Positions 55,157-57,787 of a stretch of DNA of 57,787 nt are shown one piece after another (positions within the stretch are counted from its first letter, which is position 1; the number at the start of each line of letters is the position of its first letter). The notes under the pieces were generated by a model. The model searched no databases. It worked only from the letters and a program-made list of their open reading frames with translations, and was not told the DNA's origin. The translations under genes and the position numbers were made by a program. Where the stretch lies: the IMG/VR virus record IMGVR_UViG_3300037605_000079, positions 1 to 57,787 of that record; one strand, written 5' to 3'. This DNA is from a virus. Its lineage: Duplodnaviria; Caudoviricetes.

Positions 55157-57787
55157 TTACTTTTTTACACCGACCATTTTTTTTATTTCATTCAACTTAA
55201 AAAGCGCCTCTACTGGAGTCAATGTATTTATATCAATACCAATCAATTCCTCTTTAATCTGATTCAAAACCGGATCATCCAATTGAAAAAAGCTCAATTG
55301 ATAATCATCTGAGTTAGCCGGTGCTTTTACCACATTTTCAATAGATGCATCAGAAGAATGCGACTTTTCAAGCTGCAATAACATCTCATTAGCCCGCCGA
55401 ATTAGTTTTGGAGGCATTCCCGCCATCTGCGCGACATGAATACCGAAGCTATGCTCACTTCCTCCGGCAACGAGTTTCCGCATGAAAATAATCTTGTTGT
55501 TGATCTCCTTAACGGAAACATGGTAGTTTTTCACCCGCTTAAACTGTTTGGCCATTTCATTTAGCTCATGGTAATGTGTAGCGAAAAGGGTTTTAGGTTT
55601 AGCGCTCTTTGCCTCATGAAGGTATTCTGCAATCGCCCAAGCAATTGATATCCCATCATAAGTACTTGTTCCTCTTCCTATCTCATCGAGCAATATAAGC
55701 GAACGATCCGATATATTATTCAAAATACTGGCTGTTTCATTCATTTCTACCATAAAAGTAGACTCACCTAAAGAAATATTATCAGAAGCTCCTACACGAG
55801 TGAATATCTTATCAACTAATCCAATTTTTGCATGCTTCGCCGGAACGAAACAACCCACCTGAGCCATCAATACAATTAATGCAGTTTGCCTTAATAAAGC
55901 TGACTTACCCGACATGTTTGGCCCAGTAATCATCATGATTTGCTGGGTAGCATCATCCAGGTAAACATCATTAGCAATATACTCCTCTCCTAAAGGTAGT
56001 TGTTTTTCAATCACCGGGTGTCTTCCAAGGGATATTTCTAACGTTTTTGACTCATCAAGCTGCGGCTTAGTATAATTATTTTTAATCGCAATACGAGAAA
56101 AAGCCAACAAACAGTCTAGTCGAGCGAGCAAATTGGCGTTGAGTTGGATGGGAGCAATATAGTCAGCTAATGCCAAAATCAAATCATTATATAACCTCGA
56201 CTCAAGAGCTGCTATTTTGTCTTCTGCACCTAATATTTTACTTTCATACTCTTTTAATTCTTCGGTAATATATCGCTCAGCATTCACCAACGTTTGCTTG
56301 CGGTGCCAGCTCTCTGGTACTTTATCTTTTTGGGCATTTCTAACTTCTATGTAGTAACCAAAGACATTGTTAAAGGCAATTTTCAAACTTGAAATACCTG
56401 TAGACTCAGACTCTCTTTGCTGTATTTGCAGCAAACTGTCTTTCCCATTTTTCTTTAAGGTTCTCAATTCGTCTAACTCAGCATTTACTCCTGTCGCGAT
56501 TACATCTCCTTTAGATAAAGCCACTGGTGGATCGGTCACTAACTCCTTTTGGATACGTTCTTGTATTGTCGCACAAGGGTTGAGCTGCTCTCCAATTTTT
56601 TTTAAGGAAGTATTTTTAGAAGCTAAGCAAAGAGATTGAATGGGTTTGATTTCATTCAAGGCCCTGTAAAGTTGAGCTACCTCCCGCGGATTAATTCTAC
56701 CCACTGCTGCTCGTGAAATCAACCGCTCTAAATCGCCAATCTTTTCTAAGCTTGCTTTTAACAACTGAGCGGCCCGCTCATCTTGAATAAATGCGGCAAC
56801 TGCCTCCAAACGTTCTTCAATGGGCTGAAGATCTTTTAGTGGCAATGCTATCCACCTCTTTAACATTCTAGACCCCATAGGGGAAATGGTATCATCAATT
56901 ACATCTATGAGTGTCTTCGCTTTTTCATGAGGTGAATGGATAAGCTCTAAGTTTCTAATCGTAAAACGATCTAACCAAACATATCGGTCTTCTTCTATTC
57001 GAGCAATAGTAGCAACATGCTGAAGCTTATTGTGCTGTGTTTCCGCTAAATAATGGAGAATCGCTCCCGCAGCAACAATCCCATTTTTAAAATCCTCAAT
57101 ACCATAACCTTTCAACGATTTAGTTTGAAAATGCTTAAGCAAGATATCTGATGCGAATTCTGAAGTAAAGACCCAGTCCTCTAATGCATAGGTATAATAT
57201 GATTTACCAAAACTTTCTTCGAAAGTTTCTTTAAACTTTTTTTGAAAAACAATTTCTGATGGAGAAAAACTTTGGAGTAGTTTATCAATATACTCGATAG
57301 AGCCTTCAGCTACTAAGTATTCTCCAGTTGAAACGTCAATAAAGGAAACCCCAACACTTTTTTTGGAGAAATGAACAGATGCAAGAAAATTATTCGACTT
57401 ATGATCTAATACCTTGTCGCTATAAGAAATTCCAGGAGTCACTAGCTCAGTAACTCCACGCTTTACAATCGTTTTGGTCTGTTTGGGGTCTTCTAATTGA
57501 TCACAAATCGCAACACGCTGTCCTGCTCGAACAAGCTTTGGTAAATATGTCTCTAAAGAGTGATGCGGAAAACCGGCCAATTCTATTTCATTAGCTGAAC
57601 CATTATGACGCTTTGTTAAGACAATACCCAAAATGCCGGCCGCCTTCACCGCATCATTACCAAAGGTTTCATAGAAATCACCGACTCTAAAAAGCAATAA
57701 GGCGTCAGGATACTTCCCTTTAATCTGATGATATTGCTTCATCAATGGGGTTTCTTTGGGTTTGGATGTAGTCTTTTTTGCGCTCAC
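55157..57787 (-). CDS. mutS: DNA mismatch repair protein MutS
   Basis: [47 protein letters not shown]. Confidence 0.98.
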   Translation of the reverse strand: MSAKKTTSKPKETPLMKQYHQIKGKYPDALLLFRVGDFYETFGNDAVKAAGILGIVLTKRHNGSANEIELAGFPHHSLETYLPKLVRAGQRVAICDQLEDPKQTKTIVKRGVTELVTPGISYSDKVLDHKSNNFLASVHFSKKSVGVSFIDVSTGEYLVAEGSIEYIDKLLQSFSPSEIVFQKKFKETFEESFGKSYYTYALEDWVFTSEFASDILLKHFQTKSLKGYGIEDFKNGIVAAGAILHYLAETQHNKLQHVATIARIEEDRYVWLDRFTIRNLELIHSPHEKAKTLIDVIDDTISPMGSRMLKRWIALPLKDLQPIEERLEAVAAFIQDERAAQLLKASLEKIGDLERLISRAAVGRINPREVAQLYRALNEIKPIQSLCLASKNTSLKKIGEQLNPCATIQERIQKELVTDPPVALSKGDVIATGVNAELDELRTLKKNGKDSLLQIQQRESESTGISSLKIAFNNVFGYYIEVRNAQKDKVPESWHRKQTLVNAERYITEELKEYESKILGAEDKIAALESRLYNDLILALADYIAPIQLNANLLARLDCLLAFSRIAIKNNYTKPQLDESKTLEISLGRHPVIEKQLPLGEEYIANDVYLDDATQQIMMITGPNMSGKSALLRQTALIVLMAQVGCFVPAKHAKIGLVDKIFTRVGASDNISLGESTFMVEMNETASILNNISDRSLILLDEIGRGTSTYDGISIAWAIAEYLHEAKSAKPKTLFATHYHELNEMAKQFKRVKNYHVSVKEINNKIIFMRKLVAGGSEHSFGIHVAQMAGMPPKLIRRANEMLLQLEKSHSSDASIENVVKAPANSDDYQLSFFQLDDPVLNQIKEELIGIDINTLTPVEALFKLNEIKKMVGVKK

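Overview
Low-GC Bacteroidota (Flavobacteriales-like) chromosomal window. Host DNA is only the right ~3 kb: mutS, tRNA-Gly(GCC), tRNA-Leu(TAA) and a terminator. The rest is two prophages in tandem, apparently at the 3' end of a tRNA-His gene that lies left of the window. Element B (~16164-54681, about 38.5 kb, bounded by TCCACCC direct repeats) is a tailed phage with a large serine recombinase split by its own att site, a primase-helicase, a repressor switch, terminase, portal, S49 protease, capsid, tail and lysis genes, and a precisely spaced TGTCCT-type late promoter repeated nine times. Element A (<1-16170, left end not visible) looks like a tailless, membrane-containing temperate virus. It has an HUH rolling-circle Rep, SSB, an FtsK/HerA (A32/P9-like) packaging ATPase, a ~200-aa beta-rich capsid candidate, many small membrane proteins, an HEXXH protease with a recurring [ND]xFEG-like motif in neighbouring proteins, a basic DNA-condensing peptide, and a lysozyme that gains a membrane anchor by a -1 shift. 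Both phages carry small arrays of integron attC-like hairpin sites delimiting gene cassettes, with no integron integrase in view. All family calls come from motif recognition by eye; no database searches were run.
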